Of a DNA stretch of 64,000 nt, positions 47,191 through 57,327 are shown piece by piece. Made by a program: the position numbers and the translations under genes. The notes beneath the pieces are model-generated. The model worked only from the letters and a program-made list of their open reading frames with translations. It made no database searches and was not told where the DNA came from. The DNA is taken from positions 10,426 to 74,425 of the forward strand of contig JBIKWL010000002.1 of NCBI GenBank assembly GCA_044356335.1. Direction: 5' to 3'. The stretch's first letter is position 1, and each line of letters begins with the position of its first letter. Origin of the DNA: Candidatus Sericytochromatia bacterium (GTDB taxonomy: Bacteria > Cyanobacteriota > Sericytochromatia > UBA7694).

Positions 47191-48533
47191 TTTTTAACCT
47201 TGCGTTTGACCACTTCGGATCCCTCTTTTTTCTCAGATCCAGGTTCTTCTGGCACACTGGGGGGGAAACCATTGAATTGCCGCCAGAACTCATAACCCAG
47301 TGGCACCTGATCGAGCAAAACCCAACCATTGGCACGCACGCCTTGACGCAAAAAACGTCCTGCAGGCCAGGGCTCGTGGCCATCGGGCACAACCACAATT
47401 CTGAATTTGCCTTTGCCATCGTCAGTGGCATCCACAAACGCCACTTTGCCTCCAAAGGTTCCCACGGCCACCGAGGGCCAGCCTGCAAATTGCAATGCGG
47501 GCCAGCCTTCAAATTGCAAGCGCACCGACCTTCCTTGGGTGATCAACGGGGTATCATTGCCACTCATATACAATTCCACAGCCCGTTTTTGCGTTTCGGG
47601 TACCAAATAAGCCAAAACATCGCCCTCTTTAACAAAGACTGTTTCGGAAAAAGTATTGAGTTTGAGCACGGTGCCTGCTCGGGGCGCTTTGATTGCTTGG
47701 GTTGACTGCCGCGCCAATTGCACATCGATTTTAATCAGTTCAGCTTTGTTTTTTTCAATACTGCTGCGGGCCTCTTCCAAATTGGCTCGGGCACTGTTCA
47801 ATGAAGCTTTAGCACCCGCATCGGTTTTGACAACTTCTGCTTCTGCAGAGAGCTGATCACTGCGTAACTCTTGCAATTTGGCTCGCGACTTTAAAACATC
47901 GGCCTGAGATTTTTGTAAACTCAGCTCGGAGAGTTCCAAATCACGCCGTGAAGCCAAACCTTTTTTTTCCAGAGCAAACACCCGATCTTGATTCAGTCGG
48001 GCTGTTTCCAAAGCGGCCAGATCAGCCTCTAGCTCACGATTGGCGGCGTCTAATTTGGCTTTGGCAGATTCAACTTTGGCACGGGCCCCGTCAACCGAGG
48101 CCGAGCGAGAAAGCGTCAAGTCATCCACCCGCAATTCGTAAGCCAAAACCTTGGCGCGGTTGATCTCCAATTGATTGAGAATGGTCTGTCGTTCCTGTTG
48201 CAAGCGCAGCAAATAATTGGGATCATTGTCGACAATATCTGCAATCGGATCGCCCTTTTTGACCACAGATCCTTCTTGCACATACCAGCGCACGACACGG
48301 CCTTTGATCGGGGTTTCGATGGGCTGTTCACGCTCCAACGGAGAAAAAGCAATAACATCTCCCGAGCCACGCACATTCTGTTGCCAAGGTGTCAAAACCA
48401 AAGTCAAACCAAGCAGACACATAAGCAGCAAAAAAACCATTGCCAAAAGCTGGTAGGCACGGGGCGAGCGAACATTTTGCAAGATTGAGAGTTCATCTAA
48501 AGGTTCTTCAAACCAGAAGGGCATAGACAACAT
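47187..48533 (-). CDS. HlyD-family periplasmic adaptor
   Basis: TM, PWQQNVRGSG, VQEGSVVKKGD, coiled coil, IKAPRAG, FEGWPA..GTFGG. Confidence 0.93.
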   Translation of the reverse strand: MLSMPFWFEEPLDELSILQNVRSPRAYQLLAMVFLLLMCLLGLTLVLTPWQQNVRGSGDVIAFSPLEREQPIETPIKGRVVRWYVQEGSVVKKGDPIADIVDNDPNYLLRLQQERQTILNQLEINRAKVLAYELRVDDLTLSRSASVDGARAKVESAKAKLDAANRELEADLAALETARLNQDRVFALEKKGLASRRDLELSELSLQKSQADVLKSRAKLQELRSDQLSAEAEVVKTDAGAKASLNSARANLEEARSSIEKNKAELIKIDVQLARQSTQAIKAPRAGTVLKLNTFSETVFVKEGDVLAYLVPETQKRAVELYMSGNDTPLITQGRSVRLQFEGWPALQFAGWPSVAVGTFGGKVAFVDATDDGKGKFRIVVVPDGHEPWPAGRFLRQGVRANGWVLLDQVPLGYEFWRQFNGFPPSVPEEPGSEKKEGSEVVKRKVKK

Positions 48534-48535
48534 GA

Positions 48536-50713
48536 CTACTGCACCCCACCTTCGATGTTGTTCCGGCGCGGCAGAGGCGAATCGACCAATCTCCCACTTG
48601 AATCCAATGCATATCCCCGATCACAATAGCTCAAGAAGTCAGGTTTATTGGTTAAAACCAGCAAACTCATATCAGGGTGTTGCCCAAACAAAAAACGAGC
48701 CAAAGGCCCTTTTTCACGCCAATCTATGCGGTCCAAGGTACCGTCGAGAATCAGCAAGCGGGGTTTGAGCAACAAGGCCCGCGCCACCATCAAACGGTAG
48801 GACTCCTCTGGTGAAAGCGGAAAGCCACTCAAACTCAAAGGGGTATTTAACCCTTCAGGAAAAGCCTCAACTCGGCTCCAAAGACCCACGGCTTCGAGGA
48901 CCGCACGTAGATCTTCAGCTTGCAACTGGATCTGCCCCAAGCGCAAATTTTCCTCGAGACTGCCTGAGAGAATATCCAAGCCTCTGACCAAACTCACCTG
49001 AGAACGCAGATCCAAAGGAGAAATTTCACGCAAATTGCGGCGGTCCATTTCGATATAACCCTGATCAGGGTATCTGCTGGCATAGAGCAAATCACCCAAG
49101 ACATGGGCACTCCAACTATTGGCGCCCAAAATACCTATTTTTTCACCCGGCTGAAGTTGCAAGGAAATTTGATCCAGCAAAACACGCCCACCGGGAGTGC
49201 TCAATTGGAGATTTTCAATCTGAACGGCCATCCCCACTTCACGGGGCATTAAAAGGCCCGGAACACGCTTTTCGACTGGGATATCAAATAAATGCCCTAA
49301 TTTATCAAAAGCAGCCAATAAATCATAATAAGTTTCAAGCTGTTTACCAAATTTCGAAAACCCATCGAGTAAATTGGCCACGACCAACTCAGCGGCCACC
49401 AATTGACCAATACTGAGCTGGCGTTCAATCACCAACCAACCCCCCAAGCCCAAAAGTGCAGAACTGGCCAACGCTTGCAAAAGATAGGTTCCTACATGTT
49501 GACGCTGAACCACACGGAAATGGCTCCGACGGGCCTTTAAATATCCTCTTAAAAGAGTGTCTGTACGCTTTTGGGCATAATGTCTGCCTGAGCGCGAGCG
49601 AAACAAAGTCAGATGGCCGGACAACTCTTCCAACCAAGCCGCCACAGCATATTTGAGTTTAGATTCTTTAATCGCTGTGGCTTCGCCTCCCCAACCCAAG
49701 AGAAACAATATCATCAAAATGGCCAAGAGCAAGACAATGTCAAAGGTCAATAATAAGGGATGATAAAAAGCCAGCAAAAGCATGCCCGTAAAAATCTGCA
49801 ACAAAATCCCCAAACCGTCGATCAGGAGCACCGAAACCCCTTTTTGAACGGTTATAACATCAAAAAAACGATTGACCAGTTCAGGGCCGTGGTGACCTTG
49901 AAAAAAAGGTAATTTGACTTGAAGCAAACGCTCTGACAAATCCGACGCCACCCGAACAAAGATGCGCCGCTGAATAATTTCAACCAAATTTAAACGCAGG
50001 GTTCGCAAGAGCGCCAAAAAGCACAAAGCCCCCAAAACCAAACAGGTCAAAATGACAATGGGCTGCAAAAGTGTTCCAAAAGCCACATTATTGACCAAGG
50101 CCTGGATCGCGATCGGTACGACCAAAGAGAGCAACCCCGTTAAGATGGAGTAGATCACCACCACCATCAGATCCGAAGACTCCAACTTGATCAGCCTTTG
50201 TAAATGCTGGGTTGGTGTCAAATGGGGATTGTTCTCCCTCAGGGCATCTGTGGCACTGGATTGAAGCAGTAGACAAGAGATGCTCTCATCAAGTAAAAGG
50301 GTACCCAAATAAGCCCTGAGCTGTTTTGGGGGAATCCAGCGTGTAACGGTATTGTTCTCTCCAAAAACCGTAATCTGAAAATGACCCCAACGATAGCTCG
50401 TCAGAGCAATTAAAAGTTTTTTGCCCGGCTCAGGCTCACAGATCATTAGCAAAGGGGTTTTTTGGTGCAAGTATTTGATCACTTCCGGCAAGGGGAAATG
50501 CCTGCTTACCAGTGAAAGACCCACCACACCAGAAATGTACCGCAAAGACTCAAGGGGTTCAGTCGCACAGACGGGGTGATACATTGCCTCACTGAGCGCT
50601 TGCTCGATCCGAGCTGGCTCAAAATCGAGTGAACAACGCTCAGCCAGCCAAGCCAACGCCTGACGCAGAACGGCTATAGGCAGAGCACCTTGGCCCGAAA
50701 TAAGGTTGTTCAT
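48536..50713 (-). CDS. T1SS-type ABC transporter with C39-like N-terminus and degenerate ATPase motifs
   Basis: TMD with PELVNRFFD and GQLVAAEL; Walker A position GANSWSAH; signature LSPEE; Walker B LLILDG. Confidence 0.88.
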   Translation of the reverse strand: MNNLISGQGALPIAVLRQALAWLAERCSLDFEPARIEQALSEAMYHPVCATEPLESLRYISGVVGLSLVSRHFPLPEVIKYLHQKTPLLMICEPEPGKKLLIALTSYRWGHFQITVFGENNTVTRWIPPKQLRAYLGTLLLDESISCLLLQSSATDALRENNPHLTPTQHLQRLIKLESSDLMVVVIYSILTGLLSLVVPIAIQALVNNVAFGTLLQPIVILTCLVLGALCFLALLRTLRLNLVEIIQRRIFVRVASDLSERLLQVKLPFFQGHHGPELVNRFFDVITVQKGVSVLLIDGLGILLQIFTGMLLLAFYHPLLLTFDIVLLLAILMILFLLGWGGEATAIKESKLKYAVAAWLEELSGHLTLFRSRSGRHYAQKRTDTLLRGYLKARRSHFRVVQRQHVGTYLLQALASSALLGLGGWLVIERQLSIGQLVAAELVVANLLDGFSKFGKQLETYYDLLAAFDKLGHLFDIPVEKRVPGLLMPREVGMAVQIENLQLSTPGGRVLLDQISLQLQPGEKIGILGANSWSAHVLGDLLYASRYPDQGYIEMDRRNLREISPLDLRSQVSLVRGLDILSGSLEENLRLGQIQLQAEDLRAVLEAVGLWSRVEAFPEGLNTPLSLSGFPLSPEESYRLMVARALLLKPRLLILDGTLDRIDWREKGPLARFLFGQHPDMSLLVLTNKPDFLSYCDRGYALDSSGRLVDSPLPRRNNIEGGVQ

Positions 50714-50886
50714 GACAGAACTCCAAATATATTCATGTGTATAAATATTATAATTTTTGATTGCTTTATTGGAAACGAGATCTATGAAATTTTACGAATA
50801 TTCGTTTGAAATAGGATTGTAAAATAGATAACAAGCTCCTGTCTATGAAGCCAAGCACAAGTGACTACTAACAAGGGAGAGAGGAA

Positions 50887-51153
50887 ATGTCTGATTGGAA
50901 GGTGATCCGAATTACGCTGCCCCCCCGCTATTACCGCCAAGGTATCTACCAAGCAATTGAAAAATCAGTGGTACAGTGTCTCCTAAAAGGCCCTGGCTTG
51001 GATCTGGCTCTCCAAAATGGGCTGCTCCAAGAGGTCCATCCGGCCCGACAGGCCCGACCCGCTCGGCGATTTTTAATTTATCTCAGTGATGCCCGACAGG
51101 GCCATGAAATCCCTGTTAGCTTCAGTCTCAGCCACCAAGGTCAGGTTCTCTGA
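50887..51153 (+). CDS. Small hypothetical protein
   Basis: GAGAGG RBS and ATG; 88 aa; fills an intergenic gap. Confidence 0.6.
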   Translation: MSDWKVIRITLPPRYYRQGIYQAIEKSVVQCLLKGPGLDLALQNGLLQEVHPARQARPARRFLIYLSDARQGHEIPVSFSLSHQGQVL

Positions 51154-51305
51154 CGCAAGGCAAAGGGGTCGAAATGATCCCAGGTACTTGATCTTCGGGC
51201 CATTTTTGAGAATAATAGGAGAGTGCATTCAAACTTTCGTGTTCAGGATTCCATTTGTGAATTTCATCACAACCTGACAGATTTAATGAGGATATCGAAG
51301 CCATA

Positions 51306-52526
51306 ATGAAGCTTTTCGCAACAATATTAGCTACAAGTACCATATTAACCCTGCAGACAGGATGGATGAATTCAGCCGAGGCCCGCGAAGACCTGCCGAT
51401 TCGGGTGGGGCTTTCCGATGGCGCACGCCAAGTGACGTTACGTGTTTCGACAGGTACCCCTGTTGAGGTTTTGGCCCCGATTGGTTGGCAGCGCCTCGGG
51501 CAGCTCTCCGCCAATACCACTTTGCAGGTCAATTATAGCCAAGGGCAGCTCAAGCTCAATATTCAAAGCGATCAGCAAGTGTATAAAGGCCTGCGCCTGG
51601 GTCAAACAGACCAAGAGGGTACCTTGGTGGGACTCAATAATACTTGGTACCGTGGCAGCCTCAACCTCACCCCAACAGCTCGTGGAATCACTGTGGTCAA
51701 CGAAGTTCCCCTGGAACAATACCTCTACAGCGTTGTGCCCTCAGAAATGCCCTCTTCTTGGCCACTGGAAGCCCTAAAATCTCAGGCAGTGGCTGCCCGC
51801 ACGTATGCCATCAGCAGCCTGGGCAGTTACCGCAGCAAAGGCTATGACGTGGTCGCCACAACAGCCAGTCAGGTCTATCTGGGGGTCAAATCCGAGAGCA
51901 ACCTCAGCACCCAAGCGGTGACCCAGACCAATGGGGAGATTCTGACTCATGCAGGCAAAGCGATTCATGCCTATTTCCACTCTTGCTCAGGCGGTCAAAC
52001 CGAAAGTGGTGCCGATCTCTGGGCTCCATTTGCCTATCTTAAATCTGTGACAGACTATGATCACGCCTCTCCCAAACATGTCTGGCATAGCGAAATGAGC
52101 CAAAGCGAAATGAAGTCCAAATTGGCCAATTTGGGGGTACGTGTGGGCGATGTATTGGCCCTCTCTACCGTCAAACGCACCAGCAGTGGCCGGGTAAAAA
52201 CCCTGCAAGTCTGGGGCAAAGAAGGCCAAAAGCTGGTAGATGGCGCCAAAGCCCGTGTGGCATTTGGGCTCAACAGTACCTTTTTTAATGTAGGTGCGAT
52301 CGATGCCCGGGGCGAACTCCAGAAAAAACCCAGCGCAGATTCCGTACCCACTTCTTTTCAATTTGCAGGCCGGGGTTGGGGCCATGGCCTCGGCATGTCC
52401 CAATGGGGTGCCCGCCAATTGGCACTCAATGGCTATGCCCACCGCGACATCCTCAACCACTATTATCCCAGTACCCAATTGGGCCCCCTCAACAAAGCCC
52501 AGTTCCGCATGGCCTATAACCCCTAA
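51306..52526 (+). CDS. SpoIID/LytB-family lytic transglycosylase
   Basis: YRGSL, LEQYLYSVVPSEM, EALKSQAVAARTY, SQVY, GWGHGLGMSQWGA. Confidence 0.95.
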   Translation: MKLFATILATSTILTLQTGWMNSAEAREDLPIRVGLSDGARQVTLRVSTGTPVEVLAPIGWQRLGQLSANTTLQVNYSQGQLKLNIQSDQQVYKGLRLGQTDQEGTLVGLNNTWYRGSLNLTPTARGITVVNEVPLEQYLYSVVPSEMPSSWPLEALKSQAVAARTYAISSLGSYRSKGYDVVATTASQVYLGVKSESNLSTQAVTQTNGEILTHAGKAIHAYFHSCSGGQTESGADLWAPFAYLKSVTDYDHASPKHVWHSEMSQSEMKSKLANLGVRVGDVLALSTVKRTSSGRVKTLQVWGKEGQKLVDGAKARVAFGLNSTFFNVGAIDARGELQKKPSADSVPTSFQFAGRGWGHGLGMSQWGARQLALNGYAHRDILNHYYPSTQLGPLNKAQFRMAYNP

Positions 52527-52553
52527 AAGATTTAAAATAAACAGTTAAACACC

Positions 52554-53609
52554 ATGCCTGAATCCTTTCAGCAGGAAGACCTGTTGCTTTCCTCCTACGA
52601 TTTTGAGTTGCCCGAGGCGCTGATCGCGCAAACACCTGCAGATCGCCGAGATCAATCAAGATTACTGGTTTATGATCGCCAAACGGGCAGACACAGGCAC
52701 AGCCATTTTTATGATTTGCCCGACCTGCTTCAGCCTGGGGATATGCTGGTGATGAACAATACCCGGGTCTTTCCAGCACGCATCTTTGGCCAAAAGTCCC
52801 ACACGGGCACCCGCTTTGAGTTTTTGCTCACACGCCAGACAGCTTCCCTGACTTGGCAGGCCATGGCCAAAAACAGCAAACGGATCAAACCCGGTTATGT
52901 CTTTGTCTTCTCCGAAACCGTCAGCGCTGAGATCGTCAATTGTGAAGAAGGCGGGTTGGTCGAGCTGCATTTTAAAGGGCTCGAACCGGAAGCCTTCTTC
53001 AGCTGGCTCGACCAACACGGGGAAATTCCCTATCCCCCGTATATTACGGCGCGAACCAGCAGCCAGGATCGCTACCAGACCGTCTTCAGTCGCTCAGAGG
53101 GGTCTGTGGCAGCGCCAACGGCGGGCCTACATTTTACCCCTGAACTCTTGGCTCAATTGCATCAAAGAGGCATCAAAAGTGTTGAAGTCACCCTGCATAT
53201 TGGCATGGGTACCTTTGCTCCCATACGCAGTGAGCGCATAGATACCCATCCCCTGCATCACGAATGGTATTCACTGTCTGAAAACGCTGCCGAAAAACTC
53301 AATGCCCAAAGACAGGCGGGCGGACGCATTATTGCCGTGGGTACGACCTCTGTACGCACCCTCGAAAGTGTCTGGCGCAAACATGGCATGTTTCAGGCCG
53401 AACAGGGTGAAACCAATATTTTTATCTATCCTGGCCAAACAATCGCTGCAATTGACGGTTTAATCACCAATTTCCATTTGCCCCGCTCCAGTCTGCTGAT
53501 GCTGGTTTCGACCTGGATCGGACGCAAAAATTTGTTGGAACTCTACCAACTTGCGATTGAGGCAAAATACCGTTTTTATAGCTTTGGCGACGCCTGTCTT
53601 TTGCTTTAA
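52554..53609 (+). CDS. queA: SAM:tRNA ribosyltransferase-isomerase QueA
   Basis: YDFELP..IAQ, PPYI, RYQT, AAPTAGLHF, VGTTSVRTLE, TNFHLPRS, YRFYSFGD. Confidence 0.98.
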   Translation: MPESFQQEDLLLSSYDFELPEALIAQTPADRRDQSRLLVYDRQTGRHRHSHFYDLPDLLQPGDMLVMNNTRVFPARIFGQKSHTGTRFEFLLTRQTASLTWQAMAKNSKRIKPGYVFVFSETVSAEIVNCEEGGLVELHFKGLEPEAFFSWLDQHGEIPYPPYITARTSSQDRYQTVFSRSEGSVAAPTAGLHFTPELLAQLHQRGIKSVEVTLHIGMGTFAPIRSERIDTHPLHHEWYSLSENAAEKLNAQRQAGGRIIAVGTTSVRTLESVWRKHGMFQAEQGETNIFIYPGQTIAAIDGLITNFHLPRSSLLMLVSTWIGRKNLLELYQLAIEAKYRFYSFGDACLLL

Positions 53610-53670
53610 ACTGCCCAACGGGCCGCAGATTCAGCTAAAATAGCAGGTAATTGAGGTCGACCAGATACCT

Positions 53671-54054
53671 ATGCAGACATCCCCCGCCACCGTGCCCTTA
53701 AATTTCTTTCGTGACTTGCGTCAAAAACGCTATGATCAAGCCTGGAAACACCTCAGCAACTACAGCCAACGGGTCTTTCTAGAAACCCTGTTTAAATCGC
53801 TTAAGCCAGACAGTTGCTCGCTCGAACGCCTGCAGGATGACTTTGCCAAAGGGACAAGCTGGGCCGCGCACTACTGGGACGATTTTTCGCAACATCTGCA
53901 ATTGGACACCTGGCTGAGCCAGCAGTACAAAGAATACGGCGCCAGCCAAAAGCAGATTTTGGTTTTGGCCCAACCGGCCAATCTCTATCTCTTGGTGATT
54001 GAAGAAGAAGGCGATTGGCGCTTTGGCTATTTTGAAACTTTTTTGGACAATTAG
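53671..54054 (+). CDS. Hypothetical protein
   Basis: GAGG RBS; 127-aa ORF ending EEGDWRFG. Confidence 0.7.
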   Translation: MQTSPATVPLNFFRDLRQKRYDQAWKHLSNYSQRVFLETLFKSLKPDSCSLERLQDDFAKGTSWAAHYWDDFSQHLQLDTWLSQQYKEYGASQKQILVLAQPANLYLLVIEEEGDWRFGYFETFLDN

Positions 54055-54095
54055 ACAGATTAAGTTAATCTAATCATGAAAATGGGTAAACCAGA

Positions 54096-56252
54096 ATGAA
54101 CGATCGCGCAGTGAAATCAGGCTTCCGGACAGCAGCTCTGGGAGCGCTCTTGAGCCTCAGCACAGCCTGTCAAACGGTGGACAATCTTCTGGTTGGCATC
54201 GGTGGCGCACCCAAACCACAACCCTCCAGCAGCGCGCCAGCCAGCAGCCCCACCCCACCGCCGGAAAAATTTTCATTTCCCGATCAACATCCCGTGCCAT
54301 TTACAGCCAAAGACCGCCAATTTCTGGCCCGCTGGAACGGCAACCAATACGAAAATTTTTATATCAAAGGGGTCAATCTGGGTATTGGTCTCCCCGGCAC
54401 CCAAGCCGGAGATTTGGCTGCCACCCGTGAACAATTTGCCCGCTGGTTCAAACGCATGGGGGAGTTGGGGTTTAACAGTCTGCGCGTCTACACCCTGCAT
54501 TTTCCCCATTTTTATGAAGAGCTGGCCCGTTACAACTCCACACATCCAGATAAACCGATTTACCTCTTTCATGGGGCTTGGCTCGACGAAGTCGAAAATG
54601 CACATGATCTCTATGCTGCAACCCAGGCCTTTGATGCGGGCGTCGAAGAAGTGGTCAATGCTGTACATGGCAGAGGCAATATTGCCACCCGCCAAGGACG
54701 CGCTTATGGCACTTACACTGCAGATGTCTCACGCTGGATCATGGGCTGGATCATTGGCCGCGAAGTTTCTCCTGAAGAAGTCATTCTGACCAACCAAAAA
54801 CACGCAGACAAAACCAACTATCAGGGCAAAAATCTCAAGTTAGCCGGTTCTCCCAGCGAAGTCTGGTGGGCCGAGCGCGTGGATAAATTGCTTGAATTTG
54901 AGCGCAACACCTTCAAGGTCGAGCGCCCAATCAGTGTTTCCAGTTGGCCAACGCTCGATCCGCTGACGCATCCAACCGAAAACGAAAAATACAGCCAAGA
55001 AGACACAGCCCAAATCGATATGAGCAAATTGCAATTGGGCACTGCCCCCGCAGGCTATTTTGCCAGCTACCACGCCTATCCCTATTATCCCGACTTTATG
55101 AACGACAACCCCGAATACGTCAAAAACCGCGACAGCGAAGGCGTCAATAATTATATTGGCTATCTCAAACAGCTCAAGGCCCATTACCCCAATATGCCGC
55201 TCGTGATCGGCGAATACGGTGTGCCCTCCAGTTGGGGCAATGCCCATTTCAGCCCCAGTGGTATGCACCACGGGGGCCACGACGAAGAGGCCCAAGGGCG
55301 CTACAACGCCCGCCTGACCCGCGATATTCACGATCAGGGCCTCGCAGGCGGCATGGTCTTTGCCTGGATCGACGAGTGGTGGAAACGCACCTGGATCGTC
55401 GATGAAATCTCGATGCCACGTGAAAATTACCGCCTTTGGCACAACCTGACCTCTCCAGAAGAAAATTTTGGCCTGATCGCCTTTGATGTCGAAACCCCCG
55501 CCACCCACACAGTGGCAGAAGGCCAGGGGCGCATCCGTTCGGTCAAAGCCTCTGCTGACGCAACCTTTTTTCATCTCAAAATCGAGCTGAATTCAGCCCT
55601 GGGCCCAGAAGATGAACTGGTCTTGGGTGTCGATACCTACAGCGATGAACTCGGCGACCTGATCTTGCCCAATGGGGTCAAAACCGTTCGCCGCAACGAA
55701 TTTGCCCTGCGCATCCAAGGCACTGAAATGGCCCAGTGGTTGGTCACTCAGCCCTATGATCTGTTTGGTATTTGGCACAATTCTTCGGGCCCCCAGCAGA
55801 TCTACCAATCCAAAAAAACCGAAGGTGCTCCCTGGATTCCCATGCGCTGGCAAAATGGCCAGGAACATGTCAGCCGAGATGGAAAATTGACCTTTCCGAT
55901 CACCATTTTTCCGATTGGCGAATTGCAGGTACGTGGCCCTGGTGAAAATGCCAGTTCCAGAGATGCCGTGATTTTAAACGGCAATGCCGTAGAAATTCGA
56001 CTGCCCTGGACCCTGTTGCAATTTGTCGATCCCACCACCTTGACGGTGACCCACGACGACCGCGCCACCAAAGGCCGAGAGACAGCTCCCTCCGAAGGGG
56101 TGGGTGTGAGTGTCTCCTTACAGGGAGAATTGCTCGAAAGCGGCCGTTACCGCTGGGCGCCCTGGACCCAAGCCCCCGAAGTGAGAGAGCGCGAAAAAAC
56201 AGGAACCCGCCTGTTAGAAGCGGCATTAAAAGCCATTCCCGACAAACCCTAA
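54096..56252 (+). CDS. Lipoprotein with clan GH-A-like TIM-barrel glycoside hydrolase domain
   Basis: LSTA-C lipobox-like motif; IKGVNLG, LRVYT, IGREV, YHAYPYYPDF, IGEYG, FAWIDEWWKRTW. Confidence 0.75.
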   Translation: MNDRAVKSGFRTAALGALLSLSTACQTVDNLLVGIGGAPKPQPSSSAPASSPTPPPEKFSFPDQHPVPFTAKDRQFLARWNGNQYENFYIKGVNLGIGLPGTQAGDLAATREQFARWFKRMGELGFNSLRVYTLHFPHFYEELARYNSTHPDKPIYLFHGAWLDEVENAHDLYAATQAFDAGVEEVVNAVHGRGNIATRQGRAYGTYTADVSRWIMGWIIGREVSPEEVILTNQKHADKTNYQGKNLKLAGSPSEVWWAERVDKLLEFERNTFKVERPISVSSWPTLDPLTHPTENEKYSQEDTAQIDMSKLQLGTAPAGYFASYHAYPYYPDFMNDNPEYVKNRDSEGVNNYIGYLKQLKAHYPNMPLVIGEYGVPSSWGNAHFSPSGMHHGGHDEEAQGRYNARLTRDIHDQGLAGGMVFAWIDEWWKRTWIVDEISMPRENYRLWHNLTSPEENFGLIAFDVETPATHTVAEGQGRIRSVKASADATFFHLKIELNSALGPEDELVLGVDTYSDELGDLILPNGVKTVRRNEFALRIQGTEMAQWLVTQPYDLFGIWHNSSGPQQIYQSKKTEGAPWIPMRWQNGQEHVSRDGKLTFPITIFPIGELQVRGPGENASSRDAVILNGNAVEIRLPWTLLQFVDPTTLTVTHDDRATKGRETAPSEGVGVSVSLQGELLESGRYRWAPWTQAPEVREREKTGTRLLEAALKAIPDKP

Positions 56253-56280
56253 AGCCAAGGACTTGAAACCGGACCCGTCC

Positions 56281-57327
56281 CTATTCTTCCCAATCGGGGC
56301 TGGTCTGGCGATAGAGTTCGCGCAGCAATTCTTCTTTTTCTTCGATCATGGCTTTAAACACATCGCGGAATTTCGAGTAAAAATCGTAGACATTGTGGCG
56401 AAATTTGTCTTCGCGCTGCTGAAAATCCGCGACCAATTGCTCGTATAAACTGCGGGCATGTTCAACTTCGCTGGCTCGGGCTTTGCGCTCGCGCAACAAA
56501 CTCTGGAGCAGGGCATTTTTTTCCTGACGCTCTTGAAACAGGGTGTTTTCTTTGTCTTGCAACACCTGGCTGTATTTGTCCATTTGCTCCCGCAACAGGC
56601 CATTGGCGTGTTCAATATTCTCAAGCAGCATTTCATAACTTTTGCGTTGCTTGTCCTGTGAGCGCAAAGAGGTGCGCAGTTGCTGCATTTCCTCTTGCAA
56701 GCTGCGCAGCTTTTCGTCTTTACTCTGCACCTCTTCACTCAATTGCTCAATGGTAGACTTCACATTTTTGATCTTGTAAAAAATACTGGCAGGCATGCCA
56801 AAAGCCATCTGGCGGCAATAGGCATCTTCACTGTCCAGGGCGGCTTCTAAAATGCCAATCGCAGGGGAATCAGTCAGGTCAATCGACTCATAATTGGAGA
56901 GCAAGATCAACAGCCGGGAGCTTTTAACCCGCACCCGCTCAGAGGAGTCAAAGAGCATGCGCTTGAGCGCAATTTCAATGCCCTGATCGAGATAGGCAAT
57001 ATTACAGTCCAGCACATCCAGAGCCAAGAGGCGCAATTGGGGGTCTGCCTGAATCAGCGAATCCAAGGAAAAGCGAATCGCCTGCTCAGGATCTTTTTCG
57101 GAAAAACGGTGAATCACGCGGATGCGTGCCAAGCTCTGAGGGTCCATCAGCTCCTGATAGGCCAAGGGATTCTTAAAAACCGCATCCAAAGAATAACGGG
57201 CATGATCGGGATGCTCATCGCCAATCGCATCGAGCAGAGAGAGAATGCTCTTTTTATCGCCGGTCCGGGCTAAAAAGTCCCAGCCACGCAAGCGCACCAA
57301 TGAAGCATCGGCTTTTTCGGGATTCAA
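56281..57327 (-). CDS. HEAT-repeat plus coiled-coil protein
   Basis: DPQLRLLAL, DSSERVR, DSEDAYCR repeats, then a long heptad-rich C-terminus. Confidence 0.75.
   Translation of the reverse strand: MNPEKADASLVRLRGWDFLARTGDKKSILSLLDAIGDEHPDHARYSLDAVFKNPLAYQELMDPQSLARIRVIHRFSEKDPEQAIRFSLDSLIQADPQLRLLALDVLDCNIAYLDQGIEIALKRMLFDSSERVRVKSSRLLILLSNYESIDLTDSPAIGILEAALDSEDAYCRQMAFGMPASIFYKIKNVKSTIEQLSEEVQSKDEKLRSLQEEMQQLRTSLRSQDKQRKSYEMLLENIEHANGLLREQMDKYSQVLQDKENTLFQERQEKNALLQSLLRERKARASEVEHARSLYEQLVADFQQREDKFRHNVYDFYSKFRDVFKAMIEEKEELLRELYRQTSPDWEE

Noticed and set aside
51306-52526. Sporulation gene
   Set aside because: SpoIID/LytB proteins are common peptidoglycan enzymes in non-sporulating diderms; no other spo genes here.
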